Assembly: GCA_947447665.1 (NCBI GenBank)
Contig: CANFJX010000008.1
Span: 69,149-133,148, forward strand
Length of the DNA stretch: 64,000 nt
Origin: Bacteriovoracaceae bacterium
Lineage (GTDB): Bacteria; Bdellovibrionota; UBA1018
Reading direction: 5' to 3'
The translations under genes were made by a program, and so were the position numbers. Positions 18,415 through 29,295 of the stretch are shown piece by piece. The notes under the pieces are model-generated. The model did not search any database and was not told the origin of the DNA. It worked only from the letters and a program-made list of their open reading frames with translations. Position 1 is the stretch's first letter. Every line of letters begins with the position of its first letter.

Positions 18415-20484
18415 ATGAACTCATCCCCCTGTTGCTCAGAACCAAACATGATTCAACCCGGAACAGAAACAGGCCCCTCGCCGATGGACCTGGAAATCGC
18501 CGATATGACCCGCAGATTTTGGATTGGTGCGGCCTTCTCACTCCCTCTACTTATTTTATCGATGTTGGATCTTTTAGCGAATCATTCCATCCAGATTTGG
18601 ATTGAATTAGCGTTGGCAAGTCCTGTGGTCCTTTGGGCTGGATCACCTATTTTTAAAAGAGGCTGGCAGTCGGTTAGGGACCAAAGCCTGAACATGTTTA
18701 CCCTGATTGCGTTAGGGACGGGTATTTCCTTTGGCTTTAGTATCATTGCTACACTCCTTTTTACCTTCCTGCCCAGCTCTCTATCTCCGATTCTAACGAT
18801 GCACTCAGGTCGAGTGGAGGTCTACTTTGAACCTGCGGCCGTCATTGTAACTTTAGTCCTTTTGGGGCAAGTCCTAGAACTCAAGGCTCGAGGGCAAGCC
18901 GGAGCTGCCATTCGTGCCCTTCTTCAGCTTGCACCCAAATCGGCTCGCATCATTCGGAGCGGTGGCACGGAGGAGGACGTAAGCATTGAAACGATCCATG
19001 TCGGTCATCTTTTACGGGTGCGACCGGGCGAAAAAATCCCTGTAGATGGCATCGTTCAATCTGGTCAGAGCTCGGTGGATGAATCGATGATCTCTGGCGA
19101 GTCCCTGCCTATTGAGAAAACTGTAGGCTCCCGAGTCTCCGCAGGAAGCTTAAATGGAACTGGCAGCTTCACTCTCAAGGCTACTCGAGTCGGTGCTGAG
19201 ACATTGCTCGCTCAAATCGTAAGGAGCGTAGCCGAGGCACAGAGAACTCGCGCGTCGATTCAGCGCATCGCAGATCGAGTCTCGAGTATTTTTGTCCCGG
19301 CAGTTATCCTGATCTCGCTGATCACTGGGTTGATCTGGACCCTGTTCGGGCCCGAGCCTCGCTTAGCTTATGCAGTTGTGAATGCGGTTGCTGTCCTTAT
19401 CATCGCTTGCCCCTGCGCTCTGGGTCTTGCAACCCCCATGTCGATTCTCGTCGGAACGGGCGAAGGAGCGCGCCATGGAATCCTCTTCAAAAACGCCGAA
19501 GCACTGGAGACCTTACAAAAAATCGATACCCTGATCGTGGACAAAACCGGAACCCTCACCGAAGGAAGACCTCGGCTCGTATCGCTCCTAGCGTTTCCAC
19601 ACTTTTCAGAATCTCAGGTGCTTCAGTACGCTGGAAGCATTGAAAAAAGCAGTGAGCACCCGCTCGCGGCCGCCATCCTAGATGCGGCAAAAGGGCGAGG
19701 AATTGATACCAATCTCCTCACTCAAAATTTTAAATCTATCACAGGCCAAGGCGTAACCGCCCAGATTAACTCTCAGGCTGTCGCACTCGGGAGTATCGAG
19801 CTCTTACGATCTCTAAGGATCGACTCGTCCAAGCTCGAAGGGCAATCAGCCCCTCTCCTTGCCAACGGACAGACCGTCATCTACCTCGCAGTCGAGCGAG
19901 AGATTGCTGGAATACTTGGAGTTACTGACCCTATCAAGTCAACTACGCCCCAAGCCCTTCAAACAATCAAAAGGGAAGGCATCAACGTTATCATGCTCAC
20001 AGGCGACCATCAGGCAACAGCCAAGTCAGTCGCTAATCAGCTTGGAATAGTAGAGTTCATGGCTGGCGTCAGACCAGAAGAAAAAAGCGAGTTCATAAAA
20101 AAACTCCAATCCCAAGGGCACTGGGTCGCTATGGCGGGAGACGGAATCAACGATGCCCCTGCACTCGCTCAGGCTCAAGTAGGAATCGCAATGGGCACGG
20201 GAACTGATGTTGCGATCGAGAGTGCTGGAATTGCACTAGTCAAAGGTGACCTCCGATCAATTGCGTTAGCGAGAAAAATTAGCCGAGAAACAGTGAAAAA
20301 TATTCGTCAAAATCTTTTTTTCGCTCTCATCTATAATCTTTTTGGGATCATCATCGCCTCTGGAGCACTTTACCCTTTATTTGGAGTCTTACTCAGCCCC
20401 ATGATTGCCAGCGCGGCCATGAGCCTCAGCTCCGTATCCGTGATTACCAATGCACTCAGATTAAGAAATATTCAGACCACTTAG
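18415..20484 (+). CDS. heavy-metal (Cu+/Ag+-type) P1B-type ATPase without an N-terminal HMA domain
   Basis: CPC motif in a TM helix ([13 protein letters not shown]), [25 protein letters not shown]. No GMTCxxC metal-binding domain; the N-terminus has a CC pair instead. Confidence 0.85.
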   Translation: MNSSPCCSEPNMIQPGTETGPSPMDLEIADMTRRFWIGAAFSLPLLILSMLDLLANHSIQIWIELALASPVVLWAGSPIFKRGWQSVRDQSLNMFTLIALGTGISFGFSIIATLLFTFLPSSLSPILTMHSGRVEVYFEPAAVIVTLVLLGQVLELKARGQAGAAIRALLQLAPKSARIIRSGGTEEDVSIETIHVGHLLRVRPGEKIPVDGIVQSGQSSVDESMISGESLPIEKTVGSRVSAGSLNGTGSFTLKATRVGAETLLAQIVRSVAEAQRTRASIQRIADRVSSIFVPAVILISLITGLIWTLFGPEPRLAYAVVNAVAVLIIACPCALGLATPMSILVGTGEGARHGILFKNAEALETLQKIDTLIVDKTGTLTEGRPRLVSLLAFPHFSESQVLQYAGSIEKSSEHPLAAAILDAAKGRGIDTNLLTQNFKSITGQGVTAQINSQAVALGSIELLRSLRIDSSKLEGQSAPLLANGQTVIYLAVEREIAGILGVTDPIKSTTPQALQTIKREGINVIMLTGDHQATAKSVANQLGIVEFMAGVRPEEKSEFIKKLQSQGHWVAMAGDGINDAPALAQAQVGIAMGTGTDVAIESAGIALVKGDLRSIALARKISRETVKNIRQNLFFALIYNLFGIIIASGALYPLFGVLLSPMIASAAMSLSSVSVITNALRLRNIQTT

Positions 20485-21309
20485 ATCCACGAGGAGGTCC
20501 CAGAGTTTTTTTCTCTCTTGTTTTGACTCTTTCGTCCAAGGTAGCAGATGGGTTGGAACCTGCTTTCGGTCGAACCAAAATTTCCCGCTAATATTTTTTA
20601 CCGAGTCTGAAGCAGCTAGCCAAATAGCAGTATCAGCCCCCTGAGCGGGGGTCCTCAGTCTCGATTTCAAGAAACCCCAAAACGTCGGAAGCGATTTTTT
20701 TACCCCCGGCGTCGCAGCCCATCCGGGGTGCATCGCATTAAACTTAACCCCTGAGTAGGACTCGTTGGTTGCCCACAATTCATTCAGAATGACTTGAGCG
20801 CGCTTTGTATTGGCGTAGGCAGTAACCCCGCTGTAACTCCCTTGGTCGGCTTGAATATTTTTTAAGTCCAGTGGCTGAAGGTACATCCCACCTGAGGAGA
20901 CCGTGATTACTCTTGCATCTTGGGAGGCCCTGAGCTTAGGCATCAGTAAATAAGTAAGAAGGAAGGGGCCCACACCATGGGTAGCGAGGGTCATCTCAAT
21001 CCCCTCTTTCGTCACACTCCGAGCGCTCGGGAGAATCCCTGCATTGTGAATCAGTACGTCAACTCTCGGCTCTGAAAATTGCTCTACAAAATTTCGAACC
21101 GACGACAAGTCGGAAACATCCAGCTGAGCAAATGACACGAATTGATTTTGAGTTTGTTCTTGGATTTTTCGCGCTGCCTCCGCCCCCTTTTCAGGATTTC
21201 TGCAGAGTAAGACCACGCGAGCCCCCAATTTTGCCAGCCCGATTGCGGTCTCATAACCAAGCCCAGCGTTCGCACCTGTTACCAGGCACACTTTACCATC
21301 CAGGCGCAT
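20461..21309 (-). CDS. SDR family NAD(P)-dependent oxidoreductase (retinol-dehydrogenase-like)
   Basis: [18 protein letters not shown] Rossmann motif and NAG, YxxxK elements. Likely start MRLDGK, internal to the track ORF. Confidence 0.8.
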   Translation of the reverse strand: MRLDGKVCLVTGANAGLGYETAIGLAKLGARVVLLCRNPEKGAEAARKIQEQTQNQFVSFAQLDVSDLSSVRNFVEQFSEPRVDVLIHNAGILPSARSVTKEGIEMTLATHGVGPFLLTYLLMPKLRASQDARVITVSSGGMYLQPLDLKNIQADQGSYSGVTAYANTKRAQVILNELWATNESYSGVKFNAMHPGWAATPGVKKSLPTFWGFLKSRLRTPAQGADTAIWLAASDSVKNISGKFWFDRKQVPTHLLPWTKESKQERKKLWDLLVDLSGLNIS

Positions 21310-21600
21310 TTTTTGATCCCTTGGATCAAAGTGCTTTTGATGACGCTCGTAACCAGAGCGATCAAAGGAAAAAAAGATTGAAAAATCGAGAAGTGCGTCA
21401 ATAGATATCATGGTGCAGACCCCCTTCTTAGCTCTTTACAAATACTCTGAGTCACTTGCAGTTGTCCAGAAATTGCCGAAAAGGCAGACTAATTCAGAAT
21501 CATCCCAATTCTCGCTAGGAAGGGCGAAGCAATGCGTGTTAAATTGCAAGTAATTTGCCCCAAAAATTTGAACAAATCTAAATCTTACTGAGGCTATTTC

Positions 21601-22575
21601 GTGAGCACCAAAAACACTGAAAATCTGACAGCTCGAAAAAATGCTTGGATCATTACTCCAGCCTTCAATGAGGCGGAAAACATACAACAATTTTTGATTG
21701 ATCTGCATGGGAGCCTGGGCTCAGTGACTGATCAATATAAATTTACACTAGCGGTGATCGATGATGGATCAAGGGACCACACTCGACAAAAAGTTATCGA
21801 GAGTCGAAGCCTATTTGATGAGCAGTATTTTGATGTGAGATGTTTTTCGCTGATCCGCAACTTTGGTCACCAAGCTGCACTGACCTGTGGATTAATAGAA
21901 GCTCAAGATCATCATGCCGACGTGGTAGTAACTATGGATGCGGATGGAGAACATCCCCCTTCCATAATCTTAAAGCTACTAGAATTATGGAGCCAGGGAA
22001 TACCCATCGTCCACACTGTTCGCAATGAAGCTACTCATCTTCCCTATTTTAAAAGAGTTACCAGTCAATTGTTTTATTTTTTGATGAGACTCGGAGGCCT
22101 CAATATTAAACCAGGGATGGCCGACTTTAAAGCCTGGGATGGCATACTACTCAAACAGGTGGCATCTTTTCTTCCAAACTGCGGTTCTATCCGATTATTT
22201 TCGGTCTGGGTCTATTCGGACGGTCCACTGGTTTCATTTGACCAAGTATTTCGAGAAGGAAGAAAAAGTCGCTTTACTCTCAAAAAGATGGCTTCCTTAG
22301 CCACGAGAGGCTTTTTCTCATATACGGATCTACCCCTGCGGATGAGCACACTGATTGGTGGATGTACTTTATTTTTCTGCCTATTTTTTTCAATTTTCAG
22401 TTTAGTCGCATTCTCGATTGGTAAAACCCTCCCCGGATGGACGAGCGTTGTCATCCTCATTAGCTTTTTATCCGGGGTGCAAATTTTTTCGATCGGTTTA
22501 ATCGGCGAGTACCTGATTCAAAAAGTCTTCCGTTCCAATTTACCACTTTTCATCTTAAATAGAAAAAAAAGATAA
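21601..22575 (+). CDS. GT2 polyprenyl-phosphate glycosyltransferase (GtrB/ArnC/DPM1-like) with C-terminal TM helices
   Basis: AWIITPAFNEAENI...LAVIDDGSRDHT...DADGEH, plus two C-terminal TM segments as in GtrB-type enzymes. Confidence 0.8.
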   Translation: MSTKNTENLTARKNAWIITPAFNEAENIQQFLIDLHGSLGSVTDQYKFTLAVIDDGSRDHTRQKVIESRSLFDEQYFDVRCFSLIRNFGHQAALTCGLIEAQDHHADVVVTMDADGEHPPSIILKLLELWSQGIPIVHTVRNEATHLPYFKRVTSQLFYFLMRLGGLNIKPGMADFKAWDGILLKQVASFLPNCGSIRLFSVWVYSDGPLVSFDQVFREGRKSRFTLKKMASLATRGFFSYTDLPLRMSTLIGGCTLFFCLFFSIFSLVAFSIGKTLPGWTSVVILISFLSGVQIFSIGLIGEYLIQKVFRSNLPLFILNRKKR

Positions 22576-22582
22576 AATTAAC

Positions 22583-23458
22583 CTAAGGTTCTCGGTTAGC
22601 AATAACTATCTGAATATCATAGAGATTCAAATAAACCGACAATCGAAATAATGGCTTCAAAAACTTTCGTTTTGATTTAATCCTCGGAAAAATCGCAGCT
22701 ACATACTCGGCCAATGAGCGAGAATACCCGAAAAACGAATGCCTCAAAATTTTAAAGCCACGATTTTTAAAAAATAAATTAAAACTCAGGCGTGTTGGGT
22801 AACAAAGATGAGTAGGCGGGTGGAATTGCCGCCATTTCGCTCTCCTTAGCCAAGCCGTCAGACTATCTACTTGAACTGTAGTGAGTGCAACTGCTGCAGT
22901 TTTTTCCGCGTATCGCATAATTTGATCAAAGACTTGAGCAGGATTTTCCAGGTGCTCCCAAACATCCCAAGCCACAATTAAATCTGGCTTAAATTGCATT
23001 ATTTTTTGGCTAAGCTCAGGATCACTAGGACTCAGGACCGAGATTTTCTTTTTATGACAAATATCTCGACAATATCCAGAAATTTCAATGCCCAAGAGTT
23101 TAGTCGCACCCTTTTCACGACACAACTCCAAGAAGTCCCCTGACGCAGTTCCAATTTCTAAAATCTTGAACTCACTCATCGTTTTTTTCAGAGTACGCTC
23201 CAGCAAAGCTATTTTGCGTGCGAAATTCTTGCGATTTACATTTCTGGAATCGAGGTACCCTAAATACTCTGTGCCTTCGAAGTAATTTTCTTGATAATGA
23301 TCTGCAAGGGAAACACCCGAATTAATTGGATAAACGAAGGCCTGACATTTTTGACACTGGCGCGTTTTCGGAAACCAGGCGCTGCCATCTGAAAAATGAG
23401 CTTCCTGACCACAATTGTTACAGAATACAAGCTGACTTGCTAACATCGAAGCCTTCAT
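22583..23458 (-). CDS. class I SAM-dependent methyltransferase with an N-terminal zinc ribbon
   Basis: CNNCGQ...CQKCQ zinc ribbon, then a LEIGTASGDF-type SAM motif and a DLIVAWDVWEH motif. Confidence 0.7.
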   Translation of the reverse strand: MKASMLASQLVFCNNCGQEAHFSDGSAWFPKTRQCQKCQAFVYPINSGVSLADHYQENYFEGTEYLGYLDSRNVNRKNFARKIALLERTLKKTMSEFKILEIGTASGDFLELCREKGATKLLGIEISGYCRDICHKKKISVLSPSDPELSQKIMQFKPDLIVAWDVWEHLENPAQVFDQIMRYAEKTAAVALTTVQVDSLTAWLRRAKWRQFHPPTHLCYPTRLSFNLFFKNRGFKILRHSFFGYSRSLAEYVAAIFPRIKSKRKFLKPLFRLSVYLNLYDIQIVIANREP

Positions 23459-23642
23459 TTTTAAGCCTTTTGATACTTTCTAAGCTTTGGATCCTAGCAC
23501 TCCTTATATTCCATTAAAATGGGGAAATTTGAGATTGCAAATTTGTCACATTTTTAGATATTTTCTCTCACTAAAAACGTCATTGCCGGCTCGGACAACC
23601 TAAAAAACGGGAGTCGAACCATGCTATGTATGAGAGATCACC

Positions 23643-25358
23643 ATGACCAAATTGTTTCGCTGGTTCAAAACTTCGCTGTTGCTTAGAAATCAAATTATTG
23701 CCTTTTTTCTTTGTGCATTTCTAGCCCTGACTGCAACCCTACCAGCGTTTGAGACTGCCCTGAGATCTGAAGGAAGACTGTATTACCAAGCCACGGGAGA
23801 TCAGTCTTTTTACCTGTGGGCTATCGAGCGGGCTGAACACTCAAGCAGCTATTCTGAGTTTATTCATCAGTGTGACTGGAATCAGGCCGGATGCATCCAT
23901 CTCCAGTTTATGCCTCATGAGTGGAGGTCATTCTACTTTTTTGGGAGAGCCGGTGCCTATTTCCATTTAAGTTCTGAGGATATTGTGAAAATCACTCACC
24001 TCGCTCACCTCACCCTGAATACGATTTCTGGCTCTGCTCTCGTGACAGCTATCACCGGGGTACCTCTGCTAGCGGCTCCGCTCGGGTTATTAGTAGGGAT
24101 GCATCCATCTATTCTCGGTCGCTTGGGAGGGCACTTTCCACTGGTGGGGATTTGGCCTCTTTTTTTATTTGCCAGCATTTGTGTCGGGCTAGGGATAATC
24201 GCAGCCAAGGAATCGGATCGAAAAAAAACACAATGGTTAGCCTTGACCTGGACAGCTGCGATCGGGGCATTTCATTTGGTCGCTTTTTTTTCCTTCTACT
24301 ATTTAATGTTCGCAGCCGTAGTGGCACCGTTCTTTTTCCTGATTGGAGTTTGGACTGGCGGGCGAGATCTCAAGACCGCTTGGAAAAATTGGAAAAATAC
24401 AGTGCTTTCCAGAAATTTCCTACTTTTCTTTGCGCTGACATCGTTGATCGGTATTGGCATACTTTATCGCTCTTTCGGTTATGTGATCCTAGGCCAGGAT
24501 GGAATTAAAAATAGCGAAACAGCAAACCGCTCCATTTCCGATGTTCGACTCTATAGTGCAAACATAATGGACTACTTCAATGAAGGATTGAGAAGGGCCT
24601 GGAGCGCTTTGGGGCTTCCCGGAGGGAATAAAATCTTCGCTACGAGTAACCGGGGAGAAGGAGTGTCCTACATGGGGGACACTTTGATGTTTCTTTGTTT
24701 TATGACTCTGTTTTTAAGAATTAAACGAGCACGGAGACTCAACCACTTGGAGAGGTCCTGGTTTTTTGGCGCCCTTTTAATTGGCTTTTGGAGCACCCAA
24801 TGGGGAGGGTTGGTAGTACATGCGTTAATTAGCAGCGCACGATGCTTTGCCCGCCTGACTCCTTTAGTCATGCTTACTTTGGCGGTCTCAATCGGTTTAG
24901 TTTTAAAAGAATGGATAAGCTCGCTCAAAAATCCTCGGGCGACCGGAGTTCTTGTTTGTGCTCTGATCTCAATAAGTGCGGTTCATGAGATTTCTCAATC
25001 GGGACACCTCCAAGGAATCCGTCAAATGAACCTCAGCGACGATCCTAACTATACTTTAACTTGGAATAAATTAAGAGAGCACTGCAAAAATCATCCTAAG
25101 GCGTGGGTTGAGCTAAATCCTGCCGTCAATGATGTTTTGGCTGGTCCGTATATGCTTTATTTTTTGGCTGAGAATTCTGGCTGTCGCCTATTTCCAATCA
25201 AAACCCCGGGGATCAGCCTGCCGCCAAATAAAACTCCAGAGACAGGAAAAAGTGCCATTTCAGTAAATTGGGATGACAGGAATTACACTCTCCCTCTCTA
25301 TAGCGTTGAGTTGTTAACAGATTTTTCGCCAACAATGCCATCGACTCTTGACTTGTGA
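23643..25358 (+). CDS. large polytopic membrane protein, possible GT-C-type glycosyltransferase partner of the GtrB-like enzyme
   Basis: 571 aa, about 11 predicted TM helices then a C-terminal soluble region. No motif recognised. The function is inferred only from the neighbouring genes. Confidence 0.4.
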   Translation: MTKLFRWFKTSLLLRNQIIAFFLCAFLALTATLPAFETALRSEGRLYYQATGDQSFYLWAIERAEHSSSYSEFIHQCDWNQAGCIHLQFMPHEWRSFYFFGRAGAYFHLSSEDIVKITHLAHLTLNTISGSALVTAITGVPLLAAPLGLLVGMHPSILGRLGGHFPLVGIWPLFLFASICVGLGIIAAKESDRKKTQWLALTWTAAIGAFHLVAFFSFYYLMFAAVVAPFFFLIGVWTGGRDLKTAWKNWKNTVLSRNFLLFFALTSLIGIGILYRSFGYVILGQDGIKNSETANRSISDVRLYSANIMDYFNEGLRRAWSALGLPGGNKIFATSNRGEGVSYMGDTLMFLCFMTLFLRIKRARRLNHLERSWFFGALLIGFWSTQWGGLVVHALISSARCFARLTPLVMLTLAVSIGLVLKEWISSLKNPRATGVLVCALISISAVHEISQSGHLQGIRQMNLSDDPNYTLTWNKLREHCKNHPKAWVELNPAVNDVLAGPYMLYFLAENSGCRLFPIKTPGISLPPNKTPETGKSAISVNWDDRNYTLPLYSVELLTDFSPTMPSTLDL

Positions 25359-25364
25359 ACTCAA

Positions 25365-25727
25365 TCAACCTTTCGATTGAATCCCCTCTTTAGCAAGCGC
25401 CTGGCGAATCATTTCCCGCCGATCTCCCTGGATCTCAATCACCCCATCCTGGCCGTCCATCAAGTAGGTGCCACCCGAGCCGCATTTCTTTTTTAAAAGA
25501 GTCGTCAGGTTTTTTAGAAAAAGCTCGTTCTTAGGAAGTCGATCAATGACTGTGACAATCTTTCCACCCCTCCCCGCCTTTTCAATCCGCAGGATAGCAA
25601 TAAACCGATAGGTCTTTACGTCCACATCCGCAACGCAAATACATTCGGAGACTAACTCTTTACATTTAGCGCACTTTTTATTGAGGGCGGGATCGGTGGA
25701 ATATACAAGGCGGGTGTCCTTTGCCAT
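25365..25727 (-). CDS. translation initiation factor SUI1/eIF1 family (YciH-like)
   Basis: GRGGKIVTVIDRLP...KKKCGSGGT...IQGDRREMI is the SUI1 fold signature. Confidence 0.75.
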   Translation of the reverse strand: MAKDTRLVYSTDPALNKKCAKCKELVSECICVADVDVKTYRFIAILRIEKAGRGGKIVTVIDRLPKNELFLKNLTTLLKKKCGSGGTYLMDGQDGVIEIQGDRREMIRQALAKEGIQSKG

Positions 25728-25769
25728 AGTTTCTCAGCATTATCTTATCTCTACGGCCTAAGCTACGTC

Positions 25770-26378
25770 TTAAGTGATCCAAGCAAACACTTTAGCAGGG
25801 GCTCTCTCGGTTTCAGGTACTGAATGGGCAGAATACCCCACGACAATCGGCAACACCGGATGATAGCCCGCCGGTATCGAGAGCCGCTCCTTCCATTGAG
25901 GCTGACATAAAACGTCGCGGGCAAAGCCAACGGAGCAAGTCGCAAGCCCCATCTCATGTGCTTCAAGCATCAGATTCTCTGCTGCGAGGTAACAGTCCCC
26001 CACTGGCGAAAAACCTACCTCTTCTTTTGCGCAAATCACAATCAACGTGTTTGCTCCATAAAAAATATCAAAACCTGGATCATCCAAAGGGAGATGACCG
26101 AACTCCTTATGATGCGACTCATCCGAGATCTGCAGGAGATGATCCTTTGCTGCATCGGAAATTTGCTTCAGTAAAGCCGGACGCTGAATAACTACAAACG
26201 CCCAGGGCTGACGGTTCATGGCGCTCGGGGCGTGGATAGCCGCATCGATGAGAGTATGAACTTGCTTCTCGGTAACGGCCTGAGCAACATACTGACGGGT
26301 AGAACGCCGATAGTGAATTGCATCGTGAACACTCATAATCGGTTCGGCTAGATTGAGCTTCCTGGTTGATTGATTCAT
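25770..26378 (-). CDS. nitroreductase family protein
   Basis: RRSTRQY..., PSAMNRQPWAFVV and C-terminal nitroreductase-like segments. 202 aa. Confidence 0.8.
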   Translation of the reverse strand: MNQSTRKLNLAEPIMSVHDAIHYRRSTRQYVAQAVTEKQVHTLIDAAIHAPSAMNRQPWAFVVIQRPALLKQISDAAKDHLLQISDESHHKEFGHLPLDDPGFDIFYGANTLIVICAKEEVGFSPVGDCYLAAENLMLEAHEMGLATCSVGFARDVLCQPQWKERLSIPAGYHPVLPIVVGYSAHSVPETERAPAKVFAWIT

Positions 26379-26448
26379 AAACCCTCCTTTTTTATTTTAG
26401 AGCAGGGTTTGTGCCATCTGTGTCGAGCTCAGGAGCTGCCCAGGACGG

Positions 26449-27711
26449 TCAAAAATTAATACTCTTCTCGGGACGAGCTAAACTCTCCAGACGCTCGAGT
26501 TTTAGCCTCATCTCCTCGGGGATATGAGTGCCTGAACTTCCGGTATAACCCTCATAGGTGCTTTGCTCATAACGACGATAGCAGGTCTCGGCAGTGGGAG
26601 AATGGGGGATTTTTTGGATGCAGGCTTCATAGTAAATCTCATGAAGATCATCCAAATGAAGAGGCCGAAGGATATCATAACACATGCCAGCCAGAAAGAG
26701 GGCATCTTGGGAAAACCGTCCGTCAGGGGCTGTTTGCATTAACTCATGAAGAACTGCAGTCGCACGCAGGTACAAGACATCTGCAGAATGGTCCATCGGA
26801 TATTTTTGCAACTCCCGAGCCTGAGCAATGAGTTGCATCGCCTCAACATGGAGTCCTGCCTCAGTCAGGGCTCGCCTTGGAATTTCCTCGCGCCACTTAA
26901 CGATGGACACCTTCCACTGAGCGGCATCCTGCTTAAGGAAATAAGGAGCTTTTTTAGAAGCGATCACTCGCTCCACCAGGGCCTGCGCTTGGTCGGGATC
27001 TTTTTTAACTCGGACCGCGATCGCTAGTCCAGATCGAATAGCCTGCTCCCATTCGAGCGGGCGCTGAATCGGGGCAGAGGGATCATCCACTACCTTAAGA
27101 AAGGTATCGAGCGCTCGGTCGTACTGCCGAGTGGCCGCATAAAATCTGCCCTGCTCGAGCGCATCGAGTCCTTTGGACACAGGCTCCAAGGGAAGCGAAG
27201 CAAAACTAGGCCCGGAATTATTTCGGGTATGACAGGCAATGCAATAGCTCGATACTTGATTCAAAATACCGCGAGCATAAGCCCGATTCCCAGACTTAAG
27301 TGCCCAATAGGCCCTTTTTGTCTCATCTTGAAAAAGTCCGGAAACCATTTTGATGGTTGGATCTGCGTCTGGAGAGAGCCCTTTTTCGCTCATCTCATGA
27401 GCACGGTCCATGAGCTTTTTGGTATTTTTCTCAATCCGACTGTGATTCGCAGGTGCATTAAATCGCTGCTCACTGCTGGCGTCCGTCGTGAGTTCTACGA
27501 GGGCCCTGTAGAGATCCTGCATTTTTTCTCGCCATTTGGACTCATTCTTGTGACTCTTTTGTTCACCCGCTTGCGGACTAGCCTGGGCACTTGGCTGAGA
27601 TTTAGACGACTTGACCGTTTCAGCGATACCGAGCGACTGCCCTTCGATCAAGACCAATCCTGATAGAACTCCAAAAACTAAAATTCCATAGATATTTTTC
27701 ATCCGCATCAC
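26449..27711 (-). CDS. secreted hypothetical protein with a single CxxCH haem-c motif
   Basis: Signal peptide (MKNIYGILVFGVLSGLVLIEG) and one CIACH motif. The rest looks helical/TPR-like. Confidence 0.45.
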   Translation of the reverse strand: MMRMKNIYGILVFGVLSGLVLIEGQSLGIAETVKSSKSQPSAQASPQAGEQKSHKNESKWREKMQDLYRALVELTTDASSEQRFNAPANHSRIEKNTKKLMDRAHEMSEKGLSPDADPTIKMVSGLFQDETKRAYWALKSGNRAYARGILNQVSSYCIACHTRNNSGPSFASLPLEPVSKGLDALEQGRFYAATRQYDRALDTFLKVVDDPSAPIQRPLEWEQAIRSGLAIAVRVKKDPDQAQALVERVIASKKAPYFLKQDAAQWKVSIVKWREEIPRRALTEAGLHVEAMQLIAQARELQKYPMDHSADVLYLRATAVLHELMQTAPDGRFSQDALFLAGMCYDILRPLHLDDLHEIYYEACIQKIPHSPTAETCYRRYEQSTYEGYTGSSGTHIPEEMRLKLERLESLARPEKSINF

Positions 27712-27816
27712 CCCGGTGAATTACAATGATAGATCTCATTCATTCAGTCAATCATGTTTCTCACTTCTTGCCCTAAGTCTTGAATTTTTTTTTCATCACC
27801 GGTAGGGTGAGAGTCT

Positions 27817-28842
27817 ATGATGATTCGATTTTTCTGTTACTTCATCACCTTTTTATTGAGTCATCCACTGATTCATCCAGGAGTCGCCATGGGAGATACC
27901 CCAACCTACAAAAAGCCTTCCGCATCTGAACTTCGAACTCGCCTCACGCCTGAACAATATCGATGTACCCAAGAAGAAGGCACGGAACGCCCATTCGCCA
28001 ATGCTTACTGGAACCAGCATGAAGATGGGATCTACGTCGATGTCGTCAGCGGAGAACCTCTATTCAGTTCTTTAGACAAGTACGACTCAGGTACGGGGTG
28101 GCCTAGCTTTTTTAAACCCATCTCCCCCAGTGTTGTGAGAGAAAAGCCAGATCATCAACTCGGAGCAGAGCGTACCGAAATCCGCTCAACTACAGCTGAC
28201 TCCCACCTTGGACATGTCTTTGACGATGGCCCCCTACCCTCGGGCCGCAGGTATTGCACCAACTCAGCGGCGCTCAAGTTCGTCCCCCTCAAAGACATGA
28301 AAAGCCAAGGCTACGGACAGTTCCTATTTTTATTTACCAAGAAGGAAGGCTGGCAAACCGCCACGCTTGCAGGCGGATGCTTCTGGGGGATGGAGCACTT
28401 ATTTGGCGAACTTCCCGGGATCATCGAGACCCAAGTTGGTTATGCCGGCGGAAAAACCTCAAAGGCCACCTATGAGGATGTTAAAACAGGAAATACGGGA
28501 CATGCAGAGGCCCTGCAAATCCTCTTTGACCCCAAGAAGATCCAGTACGAAGACATTCTCCTTCGTTTTTTTAAGATTCATGACCCGACTACTCTCAATC
28601 GACAAGGAAATGACGTCGGGAGCCAGTATCGCTCAGCGATCCTGTATCAAAACGCTGAGCAGAAGGTGATTGCCGAGAAAGTTAAAAAACGGGTCGATCA
28701 ATCTGGAAAATGGGGAAAGCCGATCCGCACCGAGATCGTACCCGACACGACATTTATTCGAGCAGAGGAATATCACCAAAAGTACTTGGTCAAACATCGT
28801 GATGGGTACACCTGTCATTATGTTCGTAAAATAGACTTCTAG
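27817..28842 (+). CDS. msrAB: bifunctional peptide-methionine sulfoxide reductase MsrB-MsrA, secreted
   Basis: N-terminal signal-like segment. MsrB motifs ([15 protein letters not shown]) then the MsrA active site (GGCFWGME). Confidence 0.85.
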   Translation: MMIRFFCYFITFLLSHPLIHPGVAMGDTPTYKKPSASELRTRLTPEQYRCTQEEGTERPFANAYWNQHEDGIYVDVVSGEPLFSSLDKYDSGTGWPSFFKPISPSVVREKPDHQLGAERTEIRSTTADSHLGHVFDDGPLPSGRRYCTNSAALKFVPLKDMKSQGYGQFLFLFTKKEGWQTATLAGGCFWGMEHLFGELPGIIETQVGYAGGKTSKATYEDVKTGNTGHAEALQILFDPKKIQYEDILLRFFKIHDPTTLNRQGNDVGSQYRSAILYQNAEQKVIAEKVKKRVDQSGKWGKPIRTEIVPDTTFIRAEEYHQKYLVKHRDGYTCHYVRKIDF

Positions 28843-28890
28843 CCAAGCCAGGCGTTAGCCCTGGCTTGGGACTTGCTCTTCATATCCGTC

Positions 28891-29226
28891 ATGAATACAG
28901 GATTTAAGCAGTTCCTATTGCGCGGGAATGTCATCGATTTGGCCGTAGCCGTCGTGGTGGGGGGAGCATTTGGGACGGTCGTCTCAGCTCTCGTCAAAGA
29001 TCTGCTCACTCCGTTGATTGCAGCAATCGGCGGGCAGCCTGATTTCTCAGCCCTTGCCTTTACCATTCGAGGAAGCCGATTTGCTTATGGCGACTTCATC
29101 AATGCAATTCTCTCCTTCTTGATTGTTTCGGCTGTGGTTTATTACCTGGTCATACTCCCTATCAACCTCGTGGTCGAACGATCTAAAAAGGACGCCTCAG
29201 TATCGAAAATTCGTACCGGATCCTAA
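28891..29226 (+). CDS. mscL: large-conductance mechanosensitive channel MscL
   Basis: MNTGFKQFLLRGNVIDLAVAVVVGGAFGTVVSALVKDLLTPLI is the canonical MscL N-terminus. Start placed at the internal ATG 28891. Confidence 0.85.
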   Translation: MNTGFKQFLLRGNVIDLAVAVVVGGAFGTVVSALVKDLLTPLIAAIGGQPDFSALAFTIRGSRFAYGDFINAILSFLIVSAVVYYLVILPINLVVERSKKDASVSKIRTGS

Positions 29227-29295
29227 CATCTTCCTAGCAGGCGAAAAAGAGGATTTCGCACCCGCACGGTGTTGTGATATACGACTCACTCAATC

